IMG/VR virus record: IMGVR_UViG_3300026518_000009
Span: 1 to 64,000 of that record
DNA: 64,000 bases
Direction: 5' to 3' (one strand)
From: a virus
Below the pieces are notes generated by a model that saw only the letters and a program-made list of their open reading frames with translations, searched no databases and had not been told where the DNA came from. Shown here in pieces: positions 10,376 to 24,400 of the stretch (positions are counted from its first letter, which is position 1; each line of letters begins with the position of its first letter). Both the position numbers and the translations under genes were made by a program.

Positions 10376-12439
10376 ATGCCTGTACAACCCTATAATACAC
10401 GTTCACCATTAGCTTTTAATGTTTATCAACCTGATTTTATTGGTAAACCGATACAACAAATAGGTAATACTATGTTGTCTATGAGTAATGCAAATCATGC
10501 AATAGTTGACAATGCTAATAAATTACATATTGCATTATCTAATCTTAATATTGCTCCAATAGATCAAGATATATTGATTAAACAAAAGAATGATTTTGAT
10601 AATACAATAAATGATATTGCTAATAATGGTAATATTGAAACTGCACAAGCTAGATTAAATAAATTATATACAGATTATGCTACTAACAAAGGATTAAAAG
10701 CAGCTATTAGTAGATATGCCAGTTATAATCAACAGCGTGCAGCTATAATGAAAAATAAAAATAAATGGAATCCTAAAGATTATGCTTGGATGATGTCTAG
10801 ACCATTTACTAAAACACAAGCTGATGAGAATGGTTATTATGAGCCTTATGTATTACCAACATTATTACAAGAATATAATCCAACTAAAAATCTAGAACAT
10901 ATTGCTGATAAAACTCCATTTATTGATGTACAGGGAGGAATGCAAGAAATTAAAGATGCAAATGGTAATATTATAGGATATAAACAAATTGTTACTAAAC
11001 AAAAAGATATTAATAAATTACGTACTTCTTTATATAATGCTGTATTATCTGATGATAAGGCTGTAGCATATGCAAGACAAAGAGCTGCTATTGATAATGA
11101 ATATGGGATTAGAATGCAAGATAAAAATGGTAATATTAGACCAGTTACTGAAAATGATATTATTGATAAATGGATAACTCCATTAATACAACAATATGAT
11201 GTAAAAAGTGATGAAAGTAAATCTACATATGATTTAAAAGCTATGCAAGCTAATCAAGCTAATAATGATATTCCTCATGGAGAAAAAACAACAACTCCAG
11301 GAATGATCAGCAATAATACTTTACTTACTAAATTATCAAATTTAATTAATCCTGATTCAAATACTCCACATGGTTTACCTCAACATACTGCAGCAAATGT
11401 ATTAATGATGAGTGGATACGGAGTACCTGCATCTAGTAATAGTTTTAACGAAGTTCAAAAAGCAATAAAAAATCATGATAATGATACTAAAACTAATATA
11501 TTAAATAATATTCAATCTAATATTAATAAACTTGATCCTGCTCAAAAATCAATAATTAATGATAACATAAATAGATATTCTAGAAATACATATAATAAAG
11601 ACTTTAATTCATTATCTAACTCTGAAAAAATAAATGTTTATAAAACTATATCTACTGCATTAGAAAATAATAATAAACAAATTCATAATATTACTTATAC
11701 TAGATTCGATGTAAAAAGAGATGCTAATCAAATAAGAAACTATATTAATTTATTTACTAATAGTAGTAATGGCACAATTAAATCATCTAATGGAACTTCA
11801 TTAGTTAGTAATAATTGGGAAGGAAATAAGATATGGAATTATACAGATGGTAAATTAATGTCTAGTAGTGAAATGAAAAAATATCTTAATAAAGTACCTA
11901 AAGGAACTAGAGTAATGGTTGAAGGTAAAGTTGCAGCTAGTAATATACTAAGTAGTATCACAGGAGATTACGGATTTTCTGGTGGAATTGTTGTTAGTAT
12001 TGGTGGAAAACAATTTATTGTTGCTAGTAATATTGCTAATACTCATGAATATGGTAATCGTGGATATTCTATGGCTTATGATGCAGTTAACTCATTATCA
12101 AATAATAGAGATAGAATGTTTGATAGATATGTTCCATTAGATACTAAATATATTGTTCATGGTAAAGATTCTAAAAGTTATTTAGATAGTGTATTAGATG
12201 AACCTGCTGGAACATTTGATAGTGCAGCATATATGATGCCAGCAATTACTGGTAATGATGGTAAACCAATTATTGTTACTAATCAAAATGAATTACCATA
12301 TGCAAATCAATTAGTAATATTAGATAAAAATGGTAATATTATTAAAGATAAAAATGGTAATCCAGTAAAACCAATTAAAGCAGATAATGTAGATAAGATA
12401 TTTACTATTATAGGACAATATGCAAAAAATTCACGATAA
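10376..12439 (+). CDS. Putative virion cargo protein
   Basis: 687 aa with a YQPDFIGKPIQQI-type N-terminus; syntenic position upstream of the RNAP gene. Confidence 0.55.
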   Translation: MPVQPYNTRSPLAFNVYQPDFIGKPIQQIGNTMLSMSNANHAIVDNANKLHIALSNLNIAPIDQDILIKQKNDFDNTINDIANNGNIETAQARLNKLYTDYATNKGLKAAISRYASYNQQRAAIMKNKNKWNPKDYAWMMSRPFTKTQADENGYYEPYVLPTLLQEYNPTKNLEHIADKTPFIDVQGGMQEIKDANGNIIGYKQIVTKQKDINKLRTSLYNAVLSDDKAVAYARQRAAIDNEYGIRMQDKNGNIRPVTENDIIDKWITPLIQQYDVKSDESKSTYDLKAMQANQANNDIPHGEKTTTPGMISNNTLLTKLSNLINPDSNTPHGLPQHTAANVLMMSGYGVPASSNSFNEVQKAIKNHDNDTKTNILNNIQSNINKLDPAQKSIINDNINRYSRNTYNKDFNSLSNSEKINVYKTISTALENNNKQIHNITYTRFDVKRDANQIRNYINLFTNSSNGTIKSSNGTSLVSNNWEGNKIWNYTDGKLMSSSEMKKYLNKVPKGTRVMVEGKVAASNILSSITGDYGFSGGIVVSIGGKQFIVASNIANTHEYGNRGYSMAYDAVNSLSNNRDRMFDRYVPLDTKYIVHGKDSKSYLDSVLDEPAGTFDSAAYMMPAITGNDGKPIIVTNQNELPYANQLVILDKNGNIIKDKNGNPVKPIKADNVDKIFTIIGQYAKNSR

Positions 12440-12451
12440 TTTATTATAATT

Positions 12452-15400
12452 ATGCCAAATAATAATAACAATTCAATGTATAATGATGCAGATGCTTTAT
12501 TAAAAGATAACTCAGGAATGCATCCAAATATTACTCCAGTTAGTAAAATTGATATGGGAATAGGTGATTATAGTACATATGACCCTAATCCTGATAAATA
12601 TTCAAAAGGATTTGTACCTACTGGTAATCCTTTATCTTCTCAGGAAGGAGAACTAAGTCAATTTAAAGCTAATAATCAAACTACATTTCAAAAAATTGGT
12701 AATACATTAATTAAAGGTATATTAGAAATTCCAACTACAGCAGTAGAACCCCTTGGAACATTAGTTGATTTACCAATGTGGTTTAGTAGTGAAGAAAGAA
12801 TGAATAAGGGATATGAAAATTTCTTTACTAAGGCTATAAATAATACTAATGAAGATATTAATAAATCATTTCCTGTATATTTGCATAATGAAAATCCTAC
12901 TCCTATTACAAGTGCTGATTGGTGGTATCAAAATGGTTCTAGTGTAATTAGTATGTTAGGATTTCTTGGTACAGCTGGAGCTTTAGATAAAGCTGCTGGA
13001 ATGTTATTAGAAGGACTTGGGGATGCAATAGATGCTACTAAATTTGGAAGTGCTGTAGGTAAAACATTATCAACATTAGAAGATACTAGTATGTTTGGTG
13101 ATGCAGCTAGTGGATTAAAAACATTAAGTGAAACTGGTAAACTTAATCAATTAGGTTCAAGTTTATTATCATCCGCAGCATTAGCTCATAGTACTGGAAT
13201 GGCAGATGCAGCTCAAACATTTAAAATAGCTAAAGATAGATATACTCAATATTATAGTGAAAAATATCCTAATTTTACTCCTACTAAAATTAATGATTTA
13301 GCTAAACATGCTGCTGCTAAAGAAGCTGAAAAAACATTAAATAGACATTTAATAGATATATTATTTTATTCTGCTGGAATTGGTAATATGTTAAAAGGTG
13401 TTAAAGCTAGTAGTACATATGCAACACTAATGGGAGATGCAATGGTTAAAGATGTTGCACAAAGTACTGCTACTTTGTATGCTATGGGAGTTACTGATAA
13501 ATTTATATCTAATGAAGCATTAAGAGATATAAAAATAAATACTGGTCTTGAAAAAGATGATGGAAGTACATTAGTTGATAGATATTTAAAAGAAGCAGTT
13601 AGTAAGGAAGGACTATCTGCTGGTGCTGTTGGAGCATTAAATGCATTATTATTACAAGGATTTACTTATATGCGTACTCGTGGTGCTAGACAATTAGCAC
13701 TTGAACGTATGAAAGAAAATGCTAAGACTATTGGAGATAGTGATAAATTTGACAAACTTTCAAAACAACAATTTTTTGATTTAGTTTTAGATAATGCTGC
13801 AAAAGGTACAATGAAAAATGTATATGAAACATTAGAAAGTATTAGTAATCTTAAACCAGAAGAAGTTAATAAATTAGGATTATCTGATAATTACATGGAT
13901 AAAGCTAAAGAATATAGTGATATTGCATATAAAATTGAAGATGAGTATAATAAGTATACTGCTAAATATCCTAATCATCAAGAATTAGCAAATGAAATAG
14001 TAATCAATAGATATTTAGATAGAGATAATAGACGTGAAATTAATAAAGTAGATTTAAAGTTAAAAGAATTAAATAATACTGCTAATACTGATGAATTAAA
14101 TCATCCATTACATGATGTTAAATATAATTCTATTCAACGACAAGTTAATATATCATTAATAGATAGTTACTCATCTTTATTAGATAGATTTAAGGATAAG
14201 GATAATAATTATAGAGATATAGAAACTGGATTAACTAAAGATGAAATTCAATCTAAAATAGATAATTTAAAATTAAGAAATAGATTTATATTAGCTGAAA
14301 ATGAAAGATTAAAAACTAATTATTTAAAATCAATATTAAGTGATAATCCTACTAAAGAAGAAATTGATGCTCAAAAAGAATTAATTGATAATTACTTATA
14401 TACTATTGAAAAAGATAAGAATGGTAAAATTAATAAGAAATTAAATTTATCTGATTATGATGAAAAGTTAGCTAAATTATTACTTCAAAAAGCTGACTTA
14501 GAATCAAGTAGAGATGTTGCTAGTAAGAAAGCTTCACTATTAGATAATAGTAAAGAAGCACAAGAACAATATATAGAAGAAGCTAATAAACAATCTGAAA
14601 TATATTCTAAATTAATAAATAATACTAAAGAAGAAATAGCTAAAAATAAAACATTAACTCAATTAGATGAATATGAAAAAAATGCTAGAGAAACTGGTTC
14701 TCCTAACTTAGATAATCCTATTGTAAAAAATATGATTGATGCTCATAGAAAAGTACTAGAAAATAAAGCTAAAACTGATGCTAAGAAAGAGAAGATAATT
14801 AATTCTATTAAAAAGAGTAAAAATAAAGTTACAGAAGTTGTAGATAAATTAAAAAATAAAGAAGCTAATACTGTTGATGAAAAACCTATAAAACAAAATG
14901 AAGAGGATAAATTAAGTAATGAGTCAAATAAACAATCTGCATCATTTTCTTCTATTGGTATGCAGGATAATTCTTCTAAAAATACTAGTAAAACTCCTAC
15001 TAAAGAATCAATTAATTTACAAAATAAAATAGAGGAGTTAAAAAAGAATAATAGTAATATTGAGAAAGAATATAATATAGGTGATTATAAAAAGGTACAA
15101 AAATTAGCTAATAATTTTATAAATGGAAATCAAAATAATACTTCAGAAAATCAACAATTGTTAAATAATTATCCAAATCTCTTTGAAGAACTAATAAAAA
15201 ATACTAAAGATAATATATCTATTAATGATGAAACAGTAGCTAGTATTGAGACTAACTCAATTAAAACTGGTATAGAAGATGGTGATGCTGGAGAATTAAA
15301 TAAATCATTAGCTAATAAGTCAGATAATAAAATATCTGAAACATTAGTACAAGCTCATAATGCAATACATACTCAAGAGAATAATGGTTATAAAATATCA

Positions 15401-18400
15401 TTTACAATTAATGATGAAATTAATAGAATAGATGATAAAATTGTAGAAGGTGCTAATGCTGCTGCATATTTATCTTCTGATTATATTAGTATTGTAAAAA
15501 TATATAAAAGTGATAAGCGATCTAATAAAATAGATAGAAAAAGTATATCTAATGAATTTAAAGATGAAACTGCTAAAATTATAGCTAATACTATACAAAA
15601 AGGAGATATTGTTAAATTTGAAATTGATGCAGATTATATAAAAGAACATAATCTTGATTTAAATAATATGTCTGATGAAGATAGATTGCATAATACTCCT
15701 ATTATTGCTAAATATAAATATAATGGTAAATGGATTAAAACTTTTTATGTACATGAACCTGAATGGATTGCTAAATACACTGATAACGGATTATTAGTTC
15801 CAGATAATATAGCTGGAATTAAAATAGTAGATGGTACTCCAATTGATATTACTAAAGAACAATATGATTCTAATATTAAAATTAGGAAATATATATTAGA
15901 TAAATTAAATAATGGTGAAGAAGTAACTGCTACTATATCAGATAAGAAAAATGGTCATTTAATTGAGCATATTGCTATAGATAAAAATGGTAATTTTATA
16001 TTAAACGCAAATGGAGTTCCTAGAATTGAAAAAGGTAAAGTTAGTGAATTAATGCCTGAACATACTGAATTAGCAATAGCTGTATCTGATGACGTTATAT
16101 TAGGAAAAGGTAAATCATTAGGATTAAAATTAAATACAAATAATATTTATCCTGGAACTGTATTTAAAGTTGTTAGTACTAATGTAATTAATAATTTAAC
16201 TGGAGAAAGAGAAAAAGATATTATTCCATTAATTACTCCTAAAATTACTACACACCAACAAGTTGGATTTAATATAGAAAATTATCTAAAAATACATTTT
16301 AGTGATTATGATATTACTAAATTAAATGATGATTATAAGAAGTTTAGTAATACTACTCAAAATTTATTTGATAGAAATAATAGTAATAGTTTATTTAAGT
16401 TCTTAGATAATTATCTTCAATTAAAAAAATTTAATATAGATACTTTAATAAGAAGTCCGAAAGGAAAATATTTATTCAATGTAGATAAGGATGGTACTTT
16501 TAGTTTTGGAAGTACTACAAGTGAGGTATTGTATTCTGCAAAAATAGAAGATGGAAAATATATATTTACTAGTGAGATAGCATCAGGTATAACTAAGGAT
16601 TTAACTCTAGATGAATTTATGATTAAGTTTAATAATGCATTACATGATAAACAATCATTTATTCCATTTGCAGTTAAATATACTAAAATAAATGGACAAG
16701 ATATTTCAATACATGAACCAATTATTCATGCTCATAATCAAATAGGAATTAAAAATAGAACAAATGATGATTTTGAAATAACTAATGTAAATACATTTAA
16801 AAATTATAATAGATTTGTAGAAGATAAATTACAAACTACATTTGTTGGTACTAATAAAGATAGTGATGGAAACTATATTTATTTTACTCAACCAAATCTT
16901 CATTTTAACATTGCAGAAGAAATGAAGCCTGAAAATGTAGAACATATTAATTCAGATTTAGATAATATATTAAATAATACATCTGAAGAAGGAGTTGATT
17001 TAGATAATATACTTAATGATGAAGCTAATAATGACGGTAGACCATCAATAAATAGTGTTGAAGCAGATGATAAAGAAACTACTATATATAATAATGATGA
17101 TATTAAAACTACAAGCGATTATTATATAAAAGAGTTTGGTTCATTTACCCAACAAAAACAAATTGCTAATTCATTAATTAAACCAATTTTAAGATTATAT
17201 ACTGAACAAGTATTAAATAATAGTAGTGAATTATCAAAATTAAATCATTCAGAATATTTTAATCAAAAATATTTACAGTTAGTAAAAATTAAAGATATAC
17301 TTAGTAATATTAAAAGTAAATTTGATATTGACAAATTATCTATAAATGATAAAGATAAAAAGTTTCTAGCATCTCTTGGAATTGATTATAGATTAAACAA
17401 CGCTAATGAATTGTTATCTGATATGTTAAAATATTATGAGATAACTACAAAACCAGACATTTATAAAAAATTAGTAGAACATGCTAAATCGGAATTAAAT
17501 AATATTGGAATAAATACTAAAGGTAAAGAATTTAATTTTGAAGGATTTGAAGAAAATGAAGATGGTGAAAATAATTTATATGAAACTGCTAAATATGATG
17601 ATAAAGCTAGATTAAAATTAAACGATAAGCACATATCTAGTCCATTATTTAAAGCTTTTTTATATACTATTCCATATACAGAATCTAAAGATGGTAAAAA
17701 TATTGCTAAACGTAATGTACTTGGATTAGATATGTATGCTAATATTGATGATATATATAATAAACTTCATAGTATTTCAATGGATAAAGTTCTTACATTT
17801 GATGATATGATGAAGGTATTACGTTCTCAACAAACAGTATATCCAGTATTTAAAACTATAGCTGACAGATTAAATAATGATATAATGATACCAGTTCAAA
17901 CTGAAATGGTTAATTATATGGCTAAATATAGGCACGAATTACAAACTGCTATTGAAAGTAAATTTAATAAAGCAACATTAATAAATAATAATTCTACTAC
18001 TGGTAAATATGGTATATTTAACGATTGGAGAAATAAATTTAATATAAGTAATTATATTATTGCAAAGGATGATAATTCATTTGAATATGATATTGATAAA
18101 ATAAATGAACTTAAATCTAATTATAGTAAAGCATATGACTTATACAAAAATGATTATTTAAATCCTAAATTTCAAAATATATTTAAAAATATATTATCTA
18201 AATTTGGAATAGATTTATCTAATAGAACAATTAATACAATATTTGAATTACCAAATAGTATTGAGAAAGCTAATATAGAACAAATATTAAATCCAAAAGC
18301 ATCTAATTCATTTATTGGAATGCTATTTAGATTATCTAATTCTAAAGGTGATATAGATAAGATTAGTCCATTTAATAATAAAGCTATTTCTAAATATCTA

Positions 18401-21400
18401 TTAAATATTGCAAAAGTTGAAGATATATTTAGTGATAAAGTATTTGATAATTCTGCTATAGATGGTTCTGGTAATTTAATATTTGAGCCTCAAGATTATA
18501 ATTATCTTAAAAATACAGTAAATGATATATTAAATCCTAATGGTAATAAGCTTTCAGATCTATTAAAAGCTTCATTTAGTAAACATTCATTATGGTTGAA
18601 TGCTATTGCATCAAATTCTAATATTAGAAAGAATTTTAAAGTATCATTTTTTGATTCATATAAATTAGGAAATAATAGCAGCAATGCTACAGAACGTAAA
18701 TTATTAACTGAATCTAATCAAAATAAAATAGCATTAGATATATTTGCTAATAGTACACATGATAGAACTAATTTCTTTGGATTAACATTTGGTGAAAATT
18801 CAACATCTCCTATATTTACTACTGCTAGACAAGATATTAAATTATATTTTGATGAAGAAGGTGGTAAAATAAGAGTTGATGATAATACAGTAGAACTAGC
18901 ATTTAATCAAGCATTAAATGAAATAGAAAGAATAAAAACATTTCAAGATACTATTAAAAAAACTAAATTTAGTGACTATAATAATGGTGCAGAAACATTC
19001 TTTTTATATAGATATTTAAATAAGGATGAACTTAGTAAAATTATTAGTAAGGATGAATTAGGTGAGATATATACAGGAAATAAACTAGAAATTACTCCTA
19101 ATGGTATTAATATTATTAAAGATGTTATTAGAAGAAAGTTAGAAGAACATATTGAAAATACAATAGCTGATTTCGAAGAACATAATAATATTAAATCTAA
19201 AGAAATACAAATAAAAGATAAAAATAAGGATGAAGTTAAAACAGTAAAAATATATACTCCAGATAATCTTAGTAAACAATATAGTACTGATAAAACATTT
19301 AAACCTGTAAACATTAGTGGTAAAACTGAATATTATAAAAATAAAACTTTATTAGAGAGTGATACATTAAGAAATACTATAGCTAATTTTGCTATTCAAA
19401 GTAAATTAGCTAATGCAGAAATGTATTATATGCTAGCTGATCCTGCTATTATGACGAAAGTAGATAAGGATGGTAAAGTTGATATTGAAGCTACATTTAA
19501 AAATTTACAAAAGAGATTAAAAGGTGCATTATCTCCTCATATTACTGGTAATTGGACTACTCCTACATTTAGAAGTGTTACAGCTAAAGATAGAATTATT
19601 GATAGTAAACATTTAAATGAATATCATGATAAATTAAAAATTAATGGTTATAAAGAGTTAGAAACAACTGATGGTTTTGAACTTACTACATTAAAAGAAG
19701 ATATTGAATTTAGATTGGCTAATAATCTCATTAAACCAAATATAGCTAAATCAATATTAAACAAAATTAAAAAAGTTAGTAATACAGAAGATAGATATTT
19801 TGAATTAGATAATATTGAAAAGGATGCTATATTTAATGTAAATAAACCTATATTATATAGTAGTAAATATTACCCTGATGAAGATGTTAATATGATACAT
19901 TTTCGTAAATCTAGTGCTATGCCATTACTTCCAGAAATGACTAGAGGATTACCTTTAGATAAAATTAGAGTTGCTATGGAAAGAGATGGAGTCGATAGAG
20001 TTGGATTTAATACTACTGATAAATTAGGTAAAACTGAATTAGCTACTTTATTTGATAAAGAAGGAAATATACTAAATAATATTAGATTTAACGATAATCA
20101 AATACAAACTATTAATAGAGATGTATTTGGTATGCAACAACATATTCCAACTGATAATCATGAAGTAGCAGTTATCACACAGCTTAATTCATTAGCATTA
20201 GATGGATTATTAGATACTAAAGGTTTTAAATATAAAGATAAGACATATAATGGACATCAACTAAGAGATAAGAAGGAAGAATTAAAAATAAAATTATTTG
20301 AGTTAGGAAAACAAAGAGTATTAAATAGATTTGGAATAGAAGAATCAAATGGTGAATATAAATTTACTAATTATAGTGGACTAAAAAAATTATTATTAAA
20401 TGTAGCTAAGAAGAACAATTGGAGTGATATTGATATTCAACAATTAGGTATTACAAAAGATGGTAAAAGTTTTAAATTTCCATTAATATTTAATAATAGT
20501 TTAGATAGAATACAATCTGCTTTAGTTAGTTATTTAAATAAAGAAATTATAAAAATTAAATTTAATGGTAGTGGTGATGTTCAAGTACCAGATTTAGGAT
20601 TTGGTAAAGCTATTACTACAGACTATAATAAATTATCTGATAGTGAAAAATCTAATTTAAAGGCTAATACTATATTTATAGATGGATATAATAATAATAC
20701 TTTAGATGCATATGGAATAAATAATGATAGTAGTGTTAGACGTATGCAAGTATTAGTATCGTGGGGATTTACTGATAATACTGGTAATCTTTTAGATATT
20801 AATAAATTTACAAAAATAAATGATGATGGTAGGTTAGTAATAGATACTGATAAATTACCTAAAGAAGTATTAGAAGGTATATATACTCGTATTCCTAAAC
20901 AAAAACATGGAAGTACTGTACCATTTGAAATAGTAGGTTTTCTACCTGAAAATATGAAAAAAACTGTTGTAGTTGCAGATGGTATTACAGAACAAATGGG
21001 TTCTGACTTTGATATTGATAAGATGTATAGCTATCTTAAATATAGATATCTTGATAAAGATGGCAAATTTAATGTTGTAAGTAAAGATACCAAAGATGAT
21101 ATAGAACATAAATTAGAATTAATTAACGAATATAAAACATTACAAGAACAATTTGGTGAGTTAGTTAGTAATAATAAAGCATATGTTGAGATTGATGGTA
21201 AAAAGAAATTAACTGAAATTGGAAGAAAAATACAAGATAAAATTGATGAAATTAAAACTGAAGTTAATGATAATTTAGATGAACAATATTATAAACAATT
21301 ATTAAAAATAAACACTGAAGATAATGTTATTAAAAATGACTATGTAGATTTATTAAACTCCATTTATACTCATCCAGATGTAGCTAAAATTGCATTAACT

Positions 21401-24400
21401 CCATTAACAAATACTGATTTAGATAATGAAATATTAAGACAGAAGTTTAGTACATATTCAGATATTACTGATTGGAAATATCAAAGAGATAGTTATAATT
21501 TACAACAAAATGGTAAAGATTTAATTGGTATTATATCATTAGCTAATATTTATAATGCTCATGCTCAAGCTCACACGTTAGAACTTGGTAAGATATTAAG
21601 AGATAAAATAAAAATATTAGATGATACTGGAAATGTTTTAGATTTAAATTATTTAGGTGGAACTGCTAAATCTAAATTCATAGACGATAATAACAATGTT
21701 ATAATTAGGAGTAAATCTGATAATATTCAGACATTACAGGATGCTGCTGTAGATAATGGTGCTAATCCTAAATTGGGATACTTGGGAGTAAATGTAAATA
21801 ATATTAATTCTATTATTACTGCATTACGACTAAAAACTAATGATAATGAATCTATGAACATTAACTTTATACTTAGATTAATTAAAATACCATTAGTAAA
21901 AGAATATCTTAATAATATACTAGAGTTTAAAAATAATAATGATTTTGAACATAGAGGGTTTGAATTAAAATATGCAAATGATAAATTAGAAGAGAAGTAT
22001 AAGGATGATTTATATAAAGATAATGATAAATTATTATCTGCTAAAATGCTATTAGATGCAATAAATGATGATAATATTACTAATTCAACTGCTACTTCTG
22101 CTTTAGAATTATTCAAAAAATTATATAAACTTGGTGATGCAGAAGCTAAAGTGATGAGTACTGTTATGAGTGCTATTAGAAACGGTGCTGGTAAAAATAT
22201 ATATGAATCTATGGGTTTAGCAAACAGATTATATTCTGATGTCATTAATAATGAATATATTCCAAAAGCTTATGAATTATTAGGAGATTTAAAATATGAT
22301 AAAAATAATAGACCATACATAGATTACAAAACTGAATTAGGAAAGGCATTTGAAAATAGTGTTATATTTACCAATCAGTCATTAGGAAGATTATTAAATA
22401 TAAATACTCCTAAATTAAGAACTGTATTTAGTGAATTATACAACAATAATATCCCATTAAATGCTAAGAATATTAAAGGAGTTGTAGATGAATACAGAAC
22501 TGCTATATTATCTAGTAAATCTGGTATAGTACCTAATGATATTGTTAGACAAGAAAGATATAGATTATTATATGGTAAAACTTCATTATGGAATAGAATA
22601 CAAGATTATCTTAAAACTAATGATAATAAATTTTTAGATGAATTAAAAATTAAATCAGTACCTGGCAAAGATATTGCAAAGCGTATTGCTTATGATAATA
22701 CTAAAGGTAAGAACATAAGTGAAGTTGACAATATAAATTATATCAATGAGATGTTATATTCTGATAATCTAGAATTAAAGAGTATCGGTGAAGATTTAGT
22801 TAAATATAGTTATTTAGTTTCTCCTATATTTAATACTATAAGTTTTACTAGATTTATTAGTACCAAATATTTGGAAGAATTAGGAGTAGATAAAAATCTT
22901 AGAAATATAAATATAACAAATGTTCCTATGGATGGCAAAACTAATGTTAATACAGAAGCATTCATAGCTCAACAATATCAACATAAGCCATATTTAGCAA
23001 TTAATCTAAATACTGATGGAATTGATATAATTAAATCACATTTTGGAAGTAAAGGATTTAGAGAAGAAGTTGCTGTTAATCTAGATAAAAAAATATTTAA
23101 TGGTAAAGTTCCTAATTTTTTATCTGATAATTATAAAGATAATAATGGTAGTAGAACATGGTTATTATATGAATATATAGGAGTAAATAATAATAATGAA
23201 TATGTATATAAAAGAATTGATACTGCTGGTAATGCTAATAAGCAAGGTAAATATATAAAAGAATATAATCTTAATACTAGAAGAATTATAAGTTTATTTA
23301 ATGATAATCAACATGATTATAATTATAAAGGTATTGAAAAGATTATAAGTAGACCTACAGAAATAAATGACGAAACTCCTACTACTAACTCTTTGCCAAA
23401 TATTACAGCTGTAGATAAATACGCTAAAGATGGTAAATTAACAAGTACATTAAAAGAAATAAAATCTAATGATTATTATAGTTTAATTGCAGATACATTT
23501 AGTAAATATTTTAAACATACTACTGATGTTAATTTTGCATTTGATAATAGTTTACCAAATAATATTGCTGGTATATATAAAGATGGATTAATTAGAATGA
23601 ATGGAAACATTGATTTAGATAATCCAAAAAATATAGATACATTCGAAGCTAAGATATTACATGAATCAGCACATGCTATAACTGATAAGTTGATAGATAA
23701 TTATTTTAATAATAAATCAGCTAATACTAAAGAAGTAAATGCTATATTAGATAGACTTAATGAAGTATTTATTCATAGTAGAAATAAAATAATTAGTAAT
23801 AGTGATAAGGAAGAATATTTAAAAGATTTAATTAACAAATTTAGTAAACTAAATAAAAATGATAAATTATCTATATCCAAAGAAGATGCTAAATATTATG
23901 GATTTACTGATTTACATGAGTTTATTAGTGAAACTATAAGTAATAATAAATTTAGAGAATTACTTAATAATGTAAAATATAACAAAGATAGAACTGTACT
24001 AGATAAGATTAATGGTTTATTACAAAAAGTATATAAAACTATATTAAAATCATTCGGATTGGATGTTAAGCCAAATACTGCATTAGACTATACATTTAAT
24101 GAGATATTTAATTTAATGCACGAAAATAGTAAATATGATAATTTTGATGACTTAAAAGTTGATGGTAATGATTTTGCTAATAAAACAGTAGTTGAAAAAG
24201 CTAATGATAATATAGTAGATAAATTAAATCTAGATAAAAAAGCAATACTTACTAAAGATGAATTATCTATAATCGCTAGAAATACCGATACAAAAGAAAA
24301 TATGCTAGATAAAGACCCCTACTCAGATACTTATATTCCTACTCAAGATCCTACTAATAATAATATAGCATCAAATTATAAAGTATTTACTAAAGAAAGT

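Noticed and set aside
4177-22245. Minus-strand ORFs at 4177, 5273, 18502, 18976 and 21727
   Set aside because: Antisense shadows of long, motif-bearing + strand genes.
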